64,000 bases of DNA from Candidatus Auribacter fodinae (GCA_003599815.1 QZJZ01000010.1:15050-79049), one strand, 5' to 3'; numbered from the stretch's first letter, positions 46,501-56,380 are shown. Made by a program: numbers and translations. Notes: a model not told the origin generated them from the sequence alone.

Positions 46501-49500
46501 CTTGTCTGGTCACCCGCCTATGATCCGAGTTACCCAGTTTCCTACAATATTTACCGGGCAACGACATCCGGCGCTCAGGATTTTAATACTCCCCTTCACA
46601 CGCTGGCAGATCTTACAAAATATACAGATAACACAGTCACAAACGGTATCATGTACTTCTATGTGGTACGCGCTATAGATGCTCTGGGCAATGAAGACAA
46701 CAATACAGTTGAACTGTTCGCACAGCCTGATACACCTCCAAGCAACGTTATTTTTGTTGATAAAGACCGGCTGGGCGGTGGAAACGGTACTTCATGGCTT
46801 CAGGCATACAATAACCTCAGCCTTGCTATTAATGACGCGCAATCAGGCGGTAATCAGATAATATGGGTAGCCGAAGGCACCTATTATTTCAATGATACTA
46901 TTGTTATTCCTAACGGCGTGAAAATTTACGGCGGATTTGCCGGCGACGAAGTCAGCGAAACAGCCCACGAAACCCGTAATCCGCTGGAGCATAAAACAAT
47001 CTTCAAGAATAATTCCTTCTTCGCGGAATCTACTGTCCAGCTTGGCGAGAATGCTCTTCTCAATGGTGTCTATGTCAGTAAATATTATTCCGTATTTTTC
47101 GATGGAGTTGCTATAACCACTGTCGATTCCGGTGCGGAAATTAACCAGTGTGTAATCTACGACTCCAAATGGGGCATTCACAATAAGTCAACGGGTTCAG
47201 GCACTAAAATTTATAACTGCGTATTTCTGAACAACGAAATAGGCGTAGTCATGGACCAGCCGACAGTATCTCTAATTAACAATACATTTCAATTTAATGA
47301 TACCGCGGTTTCCATACTCACCAGCGGAGCCGCAACAATTAAAAACAACATTTTCTACAAGTGTGATGATTATGCGGTAAAAAATACCGGTTCAAGTACA
47401 ACTATATCACTTAACTATAACAATTATTTTGAGAATGGCGACAATTATTTGAATTTGTCGCCCGGGAACAATGAACTGTACGACGACCCTATATTTATAT
47501 CGGAAGACCTGGATTTTCATCTTGGTAAAGGATCTCCATGCATTAACGCCGGTGCAGCGTTAATCAATGACTATGATATCGAAGGGCAAACACGTTCTTC
47601 TGCGGCTATTGATATTGGCGCGGATGAAGTTGAAGTTGTCGATACGCCTTCAACAGCTATGCTCTTTGAAATACTCAACGACCCTATCGGTATGGTCAAA
47701 ATAACCGCAACAGTCAGTGACCCTAACGGTGATCTATGCAGAATGAAGCTGGAACATAAGGATTTGCTTGATCGGAACGCTCCCTATTTTAACAGTATAT
47801 GCGATGGACCTATAAGTTCAGTGCTCGGCTCGCCGCCGGACATCACAAATGATATGGACTACCAAATCGGTTCCAAAACACCTCTGCAAACCTTGGTAGC
47901 CAATACGTTAACATTTTATTGGAATTCAGGCAAAGACGTGTATTTTAAATATCACGTTCCCGCGCCCCGAAAAGAGTATAATATAAAACTCCGTCTCACT
48001 GTTAATGACGGAAAAGCGGATGACACTGCACCGCCTCAACCGAGTTTATATCTTGATAACCGACCGGTTATGCTCACTGAACCCGAATTCACCATAGGCA
48101 CAACAAATACGGTTCACTGCAAAGCGATTGAGCAAGCGTCGCAGTTCTGGTTCCAGGCATCAACATCATCGGCGTTCTCATCCATATTTGCTCAGAGCGG
48201 GTGGATACCCACCTCGTCACATACATTTACCGGTTTGGCGCAAGGCACTCAATACTATTTCCGTACTAAAGCAAGAGCGCTAAAGACTACATCAGCCCAG
48301 TGGATTCAGACAAAATGGAATGAGTTTAACACCAATTCACTGACTGACATTGACGTTATTACTCAACCGTTATCTGCAATACTCAACAGCGATTTTTCGT
48401 GGAAAAATGAGTTAATCCTTGATAGAAGTTTTGAAAGTATGTCCGGCGACTGGACTACCGGCGAGTCGATCAATGCATCGTCGGACAGCCTGATTGTTCA
48501 GAAAAACGGTACATGGGCATCTGATGGTGCATACAGCGCCAAAATTGCCAATAATACAGAGTCATTGAACTATCCCAATGATTACGGATACGTTCGTCAG
48601 AGCATTAACTTAACCAATGTCAGCGCATTGTTGTTTGATGTTAAGTACGAAGCGCTCAACCCAACCGGGCTCAAGGTAAAAGGACAACTCCGTGTCGGCA
48701 GTAAAATCCTGTGGGAAAAGGCTATATCTGGCGATCATCTGAATCAGGAAGTTGATGTTTCAGACATTACCGGCGCACAAAACGTGGAATTCAGGCTGGT
48801 ATTTCTTGATTATGTGCTTTCCACCACTACTTCCGATTTGTTCTCCATGCACATTGACAACATGCGGGCAAAAGGCCTTCAGCTCTATGATAACGACGGC
48901 GGGGTTATGGTAACACCTGTAATTTCACCAACAACTTTTGTCCGCTGGGAAACATTGCAGTATTCAACTTCAAATATCACCGACGCTACGGATGTGACTA
49001 TAGATGTGCTCGATTCATCCGGCAACGTATTGCTGGCAGATGTTCTCAGTACAACTGACTTGATGTCAAACGGAATCACTGGCCCGATCAAACTGCGGGC
49101 AACACTATATTCCTCTGATCCGGCTCAGACACCTGCTTTGGATGAATGGAGTATTACCTACATTGAAAAAGAAAATGAGGCTATTGATTCGGAATATTCC
49201 ACATCAACAACGTCTTATCAGGATTTTGACACGGATAACGACGGGATGCCGAACCAATACGAAACATATTACTCAACTCATCTTGCTGACCCATCCGCAA
49301 TACCGCTTGACCCGGCTGTTGCGGATGGCTCGGTCGACAGTGATAATGACTCCAAATCCAACTTCTGGGAATATATTACAGGCACTGACCCAACTGATCC
49401 GGCTGATTTTATAGAAATGACATCTAACATCACTTACACTGACGGCGTTACTGCTGTGGTATTAACAATACCATCCAAGGACGCACGGTGGTATGAAGCG

Positions 49501-49659
49501 TTCTCCTCTGAATGTGATACATCAGCACCAGTATGGACTCAATTGGGTGAAACCATTCGAGGCAACGGACTTAATATAACCTTTACGGATACGGATGAGG
49601 ATCTTGAGATTCCGTACGAAAAGAAGATATATTTTATCCGCATAAAACGTGACAACTAA
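43525..49659 (+). CDS. Giant (2044 aa) secreted subtilisin-like serine protease (S8) with FN3-like, right-handed beta-helix and Ca-binding repeat regions
   Basis: Signal peptide MSTLPLRNSGIRVLCAIVISLVLAMNCTLLFAQ with an AAGGA ribosome-binding site. S8 catalytic triad motifs VNDTGVDHTHP (Asp), HGTHVSGSILG (His) and GTSMACP (Ser). Two FN3-like modules (PPVFSGL...ISWTP; PPSFEGL...LVWSP). A beta-helix cap ...GGGNGTSWLQAY...GTYYFNDTIVIPNGVKIYGGF and NNxF repeats. C-terminal D-x-D-x-DG thrombospondin-type-3-like Ca-binding motifs. Confidence 0.85.
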   Translation: MSTLPLRNSGIRVLCAIVISLVLAMNCTLLFAQSSNSRKITRDRESTPDRDEHIFLRRSHINTRFHDRTKIPRQLRTRFANRFIIQFSDTIDESWINQLNDAGITLVSYIPENAYIITMKEDAPIDWSQFPFVTWAGPYEAYYKLSDEIIAKIEEQQDVQPTEADQEFPEIISLNVLFFPGEEEKAIEQIENLFGEVVSTVKQGSLSMATVLIPSYHLEQVAQIDGVKWIESEPRLVKHNDLSRNLTGVTATLLSHATLTGRGVIVNVNDTGVDHTHPAFALNPLLPTSYPDNNTRIRYYSWGSGEQGDTDAHGTHVSGSILGNGALSNTIISAPGSTYPYSVKGMAPDAELVLMEIFNGGGIAHTTILNTAYTQGARISSNSWGYNGFFGPLAQYDSNAAIYDAGVRDALNMTSGDQGLTILFAAGNSGGGTTNGLGGKPNTVASPGTAKNVITVGAYELNRNADNHNNAASNDNVGEVSYFSSRGPVEPGTDGEFGRFKPDIVAPGVYVLSTHSSQSEDSDSSPTSWDYKAGNVDSGPRYEFMSGTSMACPVTAGVSSLIYQYYRDLGKAISPALLKALLINGARSLSAIYDFNTKADIIYQGWGGINLQNSIDGPNGIGDANDLLVFDQGDLGLLETGSTATTIIAVNDLSRPLRITLVWTDPPGDPAADITLVNNLDLLVTAPDGKVYRGNNFPKGSTWTAPDGEHDFINNVENVYIDSALIGAYTISVKGTSINADACTQTPGTIDQDFALVISGSMGFEPQSFALITVNKPVCNIGEFITVSVADNDLAGSGSCTVTVSSETETGEQMTLLESATDGVFNGTIQVDNGPVQAGDGKIQVVQGEDIVFTFIDQDDGQGNFNTPRTATSRSNTPPVFSGLQSLTEEESQITISWTPAVDQESPIIYRIFRRKAGESFDFFRPYMETTDFSFTDTIVSAIVTYHYLVRAVDKYNLSDSNTVELSGSPDDSVPPSFEGLKDISAGDSTIQLVWSPAYDPSYPVSYNIYRATTSGAQDFNTPLHTLADLTKYTDNTVTNGIMYFYVVRAIDALGNEDNNTVELFAQPDTPPSNVIFVDKDRLGGGNGTSWLQAYNNLSLAINDAQSGGNQIIWVAEGTYYFNDTIVIPNGVKIYGGFAGDEVSETAHETRNPLEHKTIFKNNSFFAESTVQLGENALLNGVYVSKYYSVFFDGVAITTVDSGAEINQCVIYDSKWGIHNKSTGSGTKIYNCVFLNNEIGVVMDQPTVSLINNTFQFNDTAVSILTSGAATIKNNIFYKCDDYAVKNTGSSTTISLNYNNYFENGDNYLNLSPGNNELYDDPIFISEDLDFHLGKGSPCINAGAALINDYDIEGQTRSSAAIDIGADEVEVVDTPSTAMLFEILNDPIGMVKITATVSDPNGDLCRMKLEHKDLLDRNAPYFNSICDGPISSVLGSPPDITNDMDYQIGSKTPLQTLVANTLTFYWNSGKDVYFKYHVPAPRKEYNIKLRLTVNDGKADDTAPPQPSLYLDNRPVMLTEPEFTIGTTNTVHCKAIEQASQFWFQASTSSAFSSIFAQSGWIPTSSHTFTGLAQGTQYYFRTKARALKTTSAQWIQTKWNEFNTNSLTDIDVITQPLSAILNSDFSWKNELILDRSFESMSGDWTTGESINASSDSLIVQKNGTWASDGAYSAKIANNTESLNYPNDYGYVRQSINLTNVSALLFDVKYEALNPTGLKVKGQLRVGSKILWEKAISGDHLNQEVDVSDITGAQNVEFRLVFLDYVLSTTTSDLFSMHIDNMRAKGLQLYDNDGGVMVTPVISPTTFVRWETLQYSTSNITDATDVTIDVLDSSGNVLLADVLSTTDLMSNGITGPIKLRATLYSSDPAQTPALDEWSITYIEKENEAIDSEYSTSTTSYQDFDTDNDGMPNQYETYYSTHLADPSAIPLDPAVADGSVDSDNDSKSNFWEYITGTDPTDPADFIEMTSNITYTDGVTAVVLTIPSKDARWYEAFSSECDTSAPVWTQLGETIRGNGLNITFTDTDEDLEIPYEKKIYFIRIKRDN

Positions 49660-49682
49660 ACCTTATAATTTCTCTGTCTCAA

Positions 49683-49720
49683 AGCCCCTTCCTGAACCAT
49701 TTAGGAAGGGGCTTTTTATT
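49683..49720 (+). terminator. Rho-independent terminator after giant subtilase gene
   Basis: An 11 bp stem AGCCCCTTCCT / AGGAAGGGGCT with a 9 nt loop, followed by TTTTT. Confidence 0.6.
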
Positions 49721-49794
49721 TGACATCAGAATGTTACATAATTTCATCCATGAATATGCCATTTAATTATAAACGGGAAATACAACGGTATTTA

Positions 49795-49803
49795 TGGTAT
49801 AAT
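49795..49803 (+). promoter_or_regulatory. Extended -10 promoter (TGGTATAAT) for second giant gene
   Basis: TGnTATAAT lies about 60 nt upstream of the ATG at 49865. There is no good -35, which is consistent with the extended -10 class. Confidence 0.35.
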
Positions 49804-49864
49804 AGTATTGTATTTTTTTTACATTTACTGAGTGTCACCGCCACTAAAGGATTATATACATAGC

Positions 49865-52800
49865 ATGAAAGCAAAGAAGTATTTTTATACATTCTGCACG
49901 ATCCTCTTTCTTATTACATATTGTGCATTCAGCCAAAATACAATTAATCACTCATATGGTGAAGAACCTGCCATATCCAGCCGTTCAGAAACCGCATACG
50001 AACCTTCACTTCGGGAAATTCTGGATACGCGATCATACTCTTTAATTGACTGGTACAAGGGAAATTCCAACGTATTTATACTCAATATACAGGATTTTCA
50101 CGGCAATTATGCCACTCAAAAAAAATATTCCGCCCTATTCGAGAGCCTTATAAAAAGCAATCACACGTTCAATATTAAATATATTGCTGTCGAAGGGGCT
50201 TCAGGCATTATAGACACAACAACCGCCTCAACATACCCCGATGAGGCAACACGTAATGAAGTCGCTAATCAATTTTTGAATAGAGGATTTATTTCAGGCA
50301 TAGAGTACTACTCTATTACCGCTGATGATGCTCCGCCTATCATCGGGATCGATGATGCTTCCCTGTATAGAAAAAATGCTGAATTGTTTCTCCGTCTTCA
50401 GGATGAGAACAGCGAGGAAATAAAACGTGCCTCCGCCTTTATGTCATTTGTACAGCAGGAATCCGCCGTTGTAATTAATACTATTCTTTCAGAGGATGAA
50501 AGAATTATTGTCACAGCTTTCACAGAATGGGTAACCAGCCGCATTTCGTCACTGGAGTATCTTCAGCAGATCAGCACTGTTAAACACGGTTCCGGCTTAA
50601 TTCCGCGTTACGCATCGCTCGACCGGCTTCGACACGCTGTAAAATTACAAACTGAAATAATGTATGACCAGCTAGAAAGGGAAAAACTGGAGTTCCTTCA
50701 CTCTGTTCACGCAATTATTCTTCCTGATGAGTATAATGAGTTATCCAAAAACATCATGCGTGCGTCTGTGGGGTCAATTGCGTCTGACGCGGTATACGCA
50801 AAAATTAGTGAAATAGCTGAACGTTATTCCCTGTCTCTTGACACATATCCAACTATTACCAGCATGACAATCATATCCAAAGCGTTTTCTTCTGTTACCG
50901 AGCAAGAGCTTCGGAAAGATTTGTTCTCATTTACGACTGAACTTGTTTCATCTGTCCCCGGACATCATCAGAGTATCACGGATATCCTTGCGTACGTCCG
51001 CATGACAGCCGTCATTGACGCTGTTACACAAACCCGCGCATCAAGAGAAGAATACGACTTTTACAAGAGTCAGTTTGAATCAGCATCCGCAGAAAAACTG
51101 CTTGATACTTTCAAGAATATCACCGGCAAAGATTTATTTGAAGGAACAAACGACACTGAATTACGCAATGTAGACTATATCCTGTCCATGGCAGATCAAT
51201 TCTATCAGGAAGCGCTTAAGCGTGACCAGCTCCTGCTTGAAAACAGCCTCCGTGTAAACCAGAAACTGAACGGCAAAACTATCGTTATGGTTACAGGCGG
51301 GTTTCATTCGGATGGGATAGCCGCGCTGTTAAAAGAACGGTCTATTTCATATGCTATCATTCGCCCTTATCTTGGAGCAGGCAGTTTAGAGTCAAACTAT
51401 AAATCCCTGATGTTTAACCAAACGCCTGCTTTCGACCACATTCTGTCTGCGTTGCCTGGCATGCTGATGCCCTCCTCAAATTTCAGGAATATTTTATACC
51501 CGGCAAATAAAGCGGTTCTACTGGCAAAGTGGATAATTATATCCGAAGCGATAAATCTTGCGCGGGAATCACAAAAACAAATACTCACCGCTGAATATCT
51601 CGCGTCAAGCATTACCGCCCATCAGACAAAATGGCTTGAGGAACTCCGCAGTGAACTTGACTCACGATATAAACCCCTTATCACCGCAGGCATAGCCACA
51701 CCAAAAGATATAGATGTAGAATTTGAGCGTTTCAGAGAAATATTGAATGCCATTGAATTTGATAGAAACGCCTATGCCGTCTACAACTTAATTCCAATAG
51801 TCATTCATGGTGAAACGCCCCATCGGATCATACTCAGCGTAAGTCCGGATAGCACAGTCACACCTCAACTGCCCGATTTTATAGATCTGCTGGATGACTA
51901 CAAAAACCCCTACTATCATTTTCGGATCTGGAACGAAGCAGAGCTGGAACACTATACCCGGCTGTCGGATATAATTGAAAGCAAAGATCTCGAATTATCA
52001 ACTGAAGCGCGCCAAAACATCCTTGTCCTTATGGATTTGTTCGGGTTAGAAACAGTCGACCAGCTTATTGAGGATATGCCCTCCTCAGCTTTAAATTCTC
52101 TGTTGGAAAGCCTCCCTGATTATGAGGAATTAAAACAGTTTGTCACCATGGCAGGGCATGAAAACGCGACTGAACTGCTGATATGGGACCCTCAAGGCTT
52201 TTTCAATTTGGTCTACACGTTTGAGAACATAGACGATACCGAACTTCAGACAAATTACATAGAACTATTGCTGTCACAACGACCGTCTTACCAGAATGGC
52301 GCGGGCAAAATGCCGGAATTCGTTATACAGCAGGCTTCTCTGTATGATGTTGATGAATGGATGCAGTACGGTATACCCAGAACGTTCAGCAGAGAACATT
52401 GGGAATCGGCAGATACAAATGATTTCTTCTACAAAGCTATGGCCGCTAATGGAACAGTCATAGGGTTAATCAGCGCCCGTATAGCTGAAGGACATAACCT
52501 AGTTTATGTTGATTTTCTGGAAACCTGTTCTACCGTTCAGCATAAAGGTATTGGGACAGCTCTTATCAAATCTATTGTTGCAGAAAGCCTTCGGAGCGGC
52601 TTTGACGGTTCCGTTGCGCTTGATCCGCAATTCGGATCCAAGCCATTTTACACAAAATTAGGATTTATTGAGCAAACCAAAGGCAACACCTACCTACTCT
52701 TGCCGGAAGAAAACGCACTGAAGCTGTTAGGATCGCCCGAAGACATTAAACGGGAATCCAAAGTAAAAATAGATGAACAGCGTCTTGCAGAAATAGCATC

Positions 52801-55800
52801 ACTGCCGCAACTTCAGATAATCGAGCAGATAATCCCGCTTTTTCAGCGTTACAACAGCCTCACCAACGACAACAAATTACTCCTGATCAGTCAGCTGATG
52901 GCGGTGTACAATCTGAATCAGGAGCAGGCATTGAACGAACTATACATGATGTTGTCCAGCCCGTCTGTTTTCACAAACAAACTAACGGAATTGTATGATC
53001 TCATGATGGATACATGGATAACCTCTCAGGAAACCACGGACGAACTGCCTAATGCCGTCATTCGCCCTACACTCGGGCAATTGCCTGATGAAATGCAGGT
53101 TACATTTCCGCTTTTTCACCCTAAATATACATCTGTTCTTTTTTCTTTAATCGAACTTAACAAAACAACATCGCCTACTTCATTTGATGCTCCTTTGCGC
53201 GACACCCCTTCCGCTCTGAAATTTATACGGTACATGCTCCAGCAAAATGCGCTGTTTATGGACGTTGTTGCTGTACCTGAGAACGATCCCCGCATTAGCG
53301 GCAAAACCGCAACCCTGGAAGACAACATCCTTTACATCAACGAAAACGCTACCCGTGCCGAATTGTGGTTCTATCTTCCTCATGAGATTTCGCACCTGTT
53401 TAAAAATGAAACTGCCGCCCGGCTTCATGACGCCGACAATATCAATCATTTAAAAAACATAGCGAAAACGCTCCGGGAAGTTGCGGTTCAACTGCCCGTC
53501 GGAGAACGTAAGGATATGCTGATACAAATGTCGTCAGCAGTAATGAAGCACGCATTATCCTTTGAATTGGACATCCATACTGCTTATATGCAGTTAACGA
53601 CTCCCGGAAAGAACATTCTGAGAAACAACAACCTGCCTTATTTCGATACGGAAAATGAATTATACCTTGCTTCTATTGCGGGCGCGGCGTCCCGGCTCAG
53701 GGAACCGGTTACGGATTTAAAATTATTTTCTGAAATAGAAAAGCTTGCGGCAGATGCCAGCGTATCTGTGGACCAACTGACAGCCAGAGTAAACCGGATA
53801 GTTACCCGAAAGATAATTAACAATTCTCTCGAACAAATAAAACCCTATCAAAACGATATTGATGAGATAATTCAAAACTGGCTGAAAAAACAAATTAAAC
53901 ACCGTTTATGGCATTTCACAACACACGCCATGCCCCGTGATTTGCGCCCCTTTGTAACAACATCCTCTCGTGAACTTGGATACCTTGATATAAATGATAT
54001 CCGCACACGAATCGTCGCTCATATTAGATCAATTGAAGATCCCAAAGCAAAAGCCGATTTTGAAGAAATTGTTGCGAAATGGCTTAAACGACTAATATCT
54101 GATAATATTAAATCGCTTAACTTACCCAGTGACCTGCGTTCCGCATTGAATGACGGCTGTTCCAATTGTCTCGGTTATGCCAAACTCTATCGCGCCTTAG
54201 GGTTTCAATTCGGGCTCAACATCGAAGTCACTCTTTATTATTACGAAACGAACGATGTTCCACACCTGCATGCCGCGAATTTAGTGCTTCTTTCTGATGG
54301 ACATCGCTATCTTACTGATATTGGTGACCTTACACAGTATTCACCTCCCTCGCATGTGTGCGTACAACTCGAATCGAGTACCGGGCTTACACCCGCAACG
54401 ATCACCATGCAGGATTATTTAATACATAGCAGAATTATCCGAGGTGTTCCTGAAGAATATGTCAGCGCCTTCGGATATTCTAACAAAGCCTATGACTTAT
54501 TTGTCTACGACTCACGTGTTGAACAGGCATTCCATGCGATTTCAAAAGCGTATGCCCTCGCTCCCGGCAACCCGTACATCGCCTCTAACATGGCAGAGAT
54601 ATCTTTCAGCCATTGGAAGAGATCTCTTACCAGCTTGGGAATCCAGCCGTCTCAAGAGGAACTCCTTGATAAACTTCGCGAATTGTATGAACAATATCAA
54701 TTGCATATCAATTCAATGGAATCCCTGAACAACTACTACAAGGCACAATTGAAAAGCGCGGCGAGAATAGCAAAAGTAGAAATGGTAAACCCCATTAACG
54801 GCGGCAACGGTAATTTCAGGTTCCCGCTATACCAGAATGTACAGAAAAAACAGGAACCGGCAGAAACAGCGGAAACGCAGAAGCCGCAAACACCATCACA
54901 GCCTGTTGACCGTGAAACAGCCGCAAAAAACGATGCAATGGCGCTCGATCATCTTCAGAGAATGGGCGAGATGAACCGCATTGCCCATGGAATCACACCC
55001 ACACAACAAGGATCAAAAACGGAAAATGCCCTGTTTCAATACAAAGTCAATCAATTGCTTGGTACCGGTATAGACTACAACACTGCACGCAGTCTTATAC
55101 AAACAGGAGCGGCTCTGCAAAAAATGATTGAACAACAACAGTTTCAACAAGTAAATGCACGCCTGACGGGGCTTGACCCTCATTTTGCAGAACGGATTAT
55201 GATCGAATTCCCGTATATCATGGCCTACTTACTGGAAATTTATCCTGAATGGTGGAAAGGAAAAGAACTCCGTGAACTCGCTCGCCAGCACCGGCTGACT
55301 GAAGAGGTAAAAGCAATGGTGAGAAAACAGATGACTACTGTAACGGCAACTCAGTCATCACAGGATCGTGACAACATTCGACGCCCTTATGAGTTTAACC
55401 CGCTGTGGACAATCGCCCGAGACCGCGCCAAATTATTGAACAGCCTTGAAAGAGCATATGAACAGGATAGAATTACCGATCAGCAATACCGCGCAATTTA
55501 TAGCCTTCTTACTGCAGATTCCCCTGTTTCAAAAGAATCTTTATCATATGAACAAAGAAGGGTCTTATTTGGCAAAGAAGATGAAATACCTGTACCCGGC
55601 GGATTATCTGTTAGCAATAACTTTATACTCGGAGACACGTTCATCGACGTTCCTAAAACCACTGAATTCAGCACATACGCATCATTCCTTACTACACTTG
55701 TTGATGAGCATCCTCAGGAACTCGCTCTTGTCCTGAATGATATGGATCAGGAACCGTTTCTCGCGGGTATCGTTGCGGCCCGCAAAGGAAAATCTTTCAG

Positions 55801-56314
55801 CAGAGCCCATGCAGACGCGCGAGGCGGGTTATCGTCCGTCGCGGATGACCTTCTGTCTTCTATCAGCGGTGACCAGATCGAATCTTCCCTTGAATCGATA
55901 AGTGAATCAGGGTATATACGCGTTTTTCTTGAGGAGTTGTTCACCTCAAATATACTGCGAAAAGACATTCAGGCATTTGTCAGGTCAGTTCAGGAAAAAG
56001 GGATTTTATCTCCGCAGGAAAAAACTATGTTCGCTTATTTCAATAATTATTATATTACCGGTGATGAAAATACAAAATCATTTCGGGACGGAATCACTCT
56101 TGTAGAGCAACTCTTTCGTATTGATAATGATGTTCGGGATCAACTGACCGCATTGCAGGCACAATTACGCGATGCTGACCCCGGCAAATTCTTATTCGCA
56201 TTAATCACGTCGACTTATTATGACGCGTCAGGTACTCTGGTTTCTCCGACACAGCCGGCATCTGCTTTACGAGGTTATTCTGTCCGGCGTGACCTTCTCG
56301 AACAAGCATTATAA
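49865..56314 (+). CDS. Giant (2149 aa) secreted multi-domain protein: TIKI/TraB/GumN-like domain + GNAT acetyltransferase + HExxH motif + transglutaminase-like Cys-His-Asp core + long helical C-terminal region
   Basis: Signal peptide MKAKKYFYTFCTILFLITYCAFSQ. The N-terminal ~450 aa carry the ...FILNIQDFHGNY... and ...TIVMVTGGFHSDGIAALL... pair characteristic of the TIKI/TraB/GumN/ChaN family (nt ~50040-51330). A GNAT fold follows: ...VIGLISARIAEGHNLVYVDFLETCSTVQHKGIGTALIKSI...YTKLGFIE (nt ~52400-52680). HEISH at nt 53381-53395. A TGase-like core ...CSNCLGYAKLYRALGF...HLHAANLVLLSDGHRYLTDIGD (nt ~54160-54330). Confidence 0.8.
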   Translation: MKAKKYFYTFCTILFLITYCAFSQNTINHSYGEEPAISSRSETAYEPSLREILDTRSYSLIDWYKGNSNVFILNIQDFHGNYATQKKYSALFESLIKSNHTFNIKYIAVEGASGIIDTTTASTYPDEATRNEVANQFLNRGFISGIEYYSITADDAPPIIGIDDASLYRKNAELFLRLQDENSEEIKRASAFMSFVQQESAVVINTILSEDERIIVTAFTEWVTSRISSLEYLQQISTVKHGSGLIPRYASLDRLRHAVKLQTEIMYDQLEREKLEFLHSVHAIILPDEYNELSKNIMRASVGSIASDAVYAKISEIAERYSLSLDTYPTITSMTIISKAFSSVTEQELRKDLFSFTTELVSSVPGHHQSITDILAYVRMTAVIDAVTQTRASREEYDFYKSQFESASAEKLLDTFKNITGKDLFEGTNDTELRNVDYILSMADQFYQEALKRDQLLLENSLRVNQKLNGKTIVMVTGGFHSDGIAALLKERSISYAIIRPYLGAGSLESNYKSLMFNQTPAFDHILSALPGMLMPSSNFRNILYPANKAVLLAKWIIISEAINLARESQKQILTAEYLASSITAHQTKWLEELRSELDSRYKPLITAGIATPKDIDVEFERFREILNAIEFDRNAYAVYNLIPIVIHGETPHRIILSVSPDSTVTPQLPDFIDLLDDYKNPYYHFRIWNEAELEHYTRLSDIIESKDLELSTEARQNILVLMDLFGLETVDQLIEDMPSSALNSLLESLPDYEELKQFVTMAGHENATELLIWDPQGFFNLVYTFENIDDTELQTNYIELLLSQRPSYQNGAGKMPEFVIQQASLYDVDEWMQYGIPRTFSREHWESADTNDFFYKAMAANGTVIGLISARIAEGHNLVYVDFLETCSTVQHKGIGTALIKSIVAESLRSGFDGSVALDPQFGSKPFYTKLGFIEQTKGNTYLLLPEENALKLLGSPEDIKRESKVKIDEQRLAEIASLPQLQIIEQIIPLFQRYNSLTNDNKLLLISQLMAVYNLNQEQALNELYMMLSSPSVFTNKLTELYDLMMDTWITSQETTDELPNAVIRPTLGQLPDEMQVTFPLFHPKYTSVLFSLIELNKTTSPTSFDAPLRDTPSALKFIRYMLQQNALFMDVVAVPENDPRISGKTATLEDNILYINENATRAELWFYLPHEISHLFKNETAARLHDADNINHLKNIAKTLREVAVQLPVGERKDMLIQMSSAVMKHALSFELDIHTAYMQLTTPGKNILRNNNLPYFDTENELYLASIAGAASRLREPVTDLKLFSEIEKLAADASVSVDQLTARVNRIVTRKIINNSLEQIKPYQNDIDEIIQNWLKKQIKHRLWHFTTHAMPRDLRPFVTTSSRELGYLDINDIRTRIVAHIRSIEDPKAKADFEEIVAKWLKRLISDNIKSLNLPSDLRSALNDGCSNCLGYAKLYRALGFQFGLNIEVTLYYYETNDVPHLHAANLVLLSDGHRYLTDIGDLTQYSPPSHVCVQLESSTGLTPATITMQDYLIHSRIIRGVPEEYVSAFGYSNKAYDLFVYDSRVEQAFHAISKAYALAPGNPYIASNMAEISFSHWKRSLTSLGIQPSQEELLDKLRELYEQYQLHINSMESLNNYYKAQLKSAARIAKVEMVNPINGGNGNFRFPLYQNVQKKQEPAETAETQKPQTPSQPVDRETAAKNDAMALDHLQRMGEMNRIAHGITPTQQGSKTENALFQYKVNQLLGTGIDYNTARSLIQTGAALQKMIEQQQFQQVNARLTGLDPHFAERIMIEFPYIMAYLLEIYPEWWKGKELRELARQHRLTEEVKAMVRKQMTTVTATQSSQDRDNIRRPYEFNPLWTIARDRAKLLNSLERAYEQDRITDQQYRAIYSLLTADSPVSKESLSYEQRRVLFGKEDEIPVPGGLSVSNNFILGDTFIDVPKTTEFSTYASFLTTLVDEHPQELALVLNDMDQEPFLAGIVAARKGKSFSRAHADARGGLSSVADDLLSSISGDQIESSLESISESGYIRVFLEELFTSNILRKDIQAFVRSVQEKGILSPQEKTMFAYFNNYYITGDENTKSFRDGITLVEQLFRIDNDVRDQLTALQAQLRDADPGKFLFALITSTYYDASGTLVSPTQPASALRGYSVRRDLLEQAL

Positions 56315-56344
56315 TCAAAATAATAAAAACAATATTCCGGCATA

Positions 56345-56380
56345 AAAAAAGAGCGGATCATCCTGATCCGCTCTTTTTAT
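56345..56380. terminator. Bidirectional rho-independent terminator shared by convergent giant gene and PFOR
   Basis: AAAAAAA-GAGCGGATCA-tcc-TGATCCGCTC-TTTTTAT. The A-tract and T-tract flank a 10 bp stem, so it can function on both strands. Confidence 0.6.

Noticed and set aside
51397-53450. Several 60-90 aa antisense ORFs inside the second giant gene
   Set aside because: They are short, without ribosome-binding sites, and nested antisense within a long continuous 6.4 kb reading frame. Such ORFs are expected by chance.
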